Assembly: GCF_964355755.1 (NCBI RefSeq)
Contig: NC_092675.1
Location: forward strand, 15,472,912 to 15,536,911
Source of the DNA: Antedon mediterranea
Lineage: Eukaryota; Animalia; Echinodermata
Direction: 5' to 3'
DNA length: 64,000 nucleotides
Positions 63,351 through 64,000 of this stretch are shown here, piece by piece. The position numbers were made by a program, and so were the translations under genes. How positions within the stretch are numbered: position 1 is the first letter of the stretch; the number at the start of each line of letters is the position of its first letter. A model generated the notes under the pieces. It worked only from the letters and a program-made list of their open reading frames with translations, made no database searches and had not been told where the DNA came from.

Positions 63351-64000
63351 AAAAAGATTGTAATGATGGAAATAGGACGATAGTTAGAAAGGTTTGATTT
63401 GGGGCCAGATTTGTAAATAGGGGTAACGGCGCGCCAGCTTCAACCTCTATTTGGAAAAATACCTTTGCAGAGGACAAGATTCTAAATGGGACACAAGAGA
63501 AGGGAGATAAGATTAATAACATGTTTAATGGCTTTAGTATGGAAATCATCAGTACCAGGAGCTTAATTGTTATCGAAGAAAAAGAAAATCTAGGACGGGG
63601 TTATGAAAATTGATTTCGGATTTGATTGAGGAAGAAACATTGCTGAGGGGAATTTTGTTAGCAAGGGAGGGTCCAATTTTTACAACAACAAAAAAACATT
63701 AAATGCTTTAGCAATAATGATGGGGTTTTTAGTTGGTACTCTGTAGTGTTACAGTTGTATTGCTTTTGTGGTTAATTTCGGTTTTTATGTTGTTTAATAT
63801 TAGAGTTGATTGTTTTCCAGGTTGCATTAATATCATTTTTGTGCTTGGTGAAATATCATGGAAGTGGATTCTATTGGCATTTTTGATAGTGGAGTTTATT
63901 ACAGTACTGTTTATGTTTAATTTCATTGGCAGGTGAAGAAATCTAGCATAGAGTTTATGTTAATGCATTAAGATTTGAGCAGGCCATTTGACATCCAAGA
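63351..64000 (-). mobile_element. LINE ORF2 fragment (pre-RT region)
   Basis: The minus strand reads YKSGPKSNLSNYRPISI and APGTDDF. Confidence 0.7.

Noticed and set aside
55930-64000. Upstream SETD9 exons
   Set aside because: No AG.GVF...YPG-type SET N-terminal exon was recognised. They are presumably outside the window.

Overview
This is AT-rich genomic DNA from an invertebrate animal. It has spliceosomal GT-AG introns and no operons or CRISPR arrays. Two host genes are partly visible, both on the minus strand. One is a polypeptide N-acetylgalactosaminyltransferase (GALNT1/13-like), with five 5' coding exons at 26808->15595; I could not find its remaining exons in the window. The other is SETD9, with its last four coding exons at 52982->51528. 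Most of the rest is nested, mostly decayed mobile DNA: an Academ-like transposase remnant, TTAA-targeting Kolobok-type elements, a long-TIR fold-back element, Helentron/HINE-type elements, MITEs, L2/CR1/Tx1 LINEs, Penelope-like elements, BEL/Pao and Gypsy remnants, tRNA-derived SINEs, and two minisatellites (56 and 43 bp). Five signals stand out. (1) A fully paired 72-nt tRNA-like cloverleaf with anticodon ATC sits in a 364-bp cassette bounded by ~70-bp direct repeats. (2) A Kolobok-type element carries two convergent paralogous promoter + first-exon modules at its ends. (3) A TA->TAGGCCTA micro-insertion recurs in unrelated repeats. (4) Two HINE terminal families share one ~500-bp core. (5) There are 21-44-bp CA...TG micro-transposon relics. 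All family assignments come from motif recognition by eye, not database searches.
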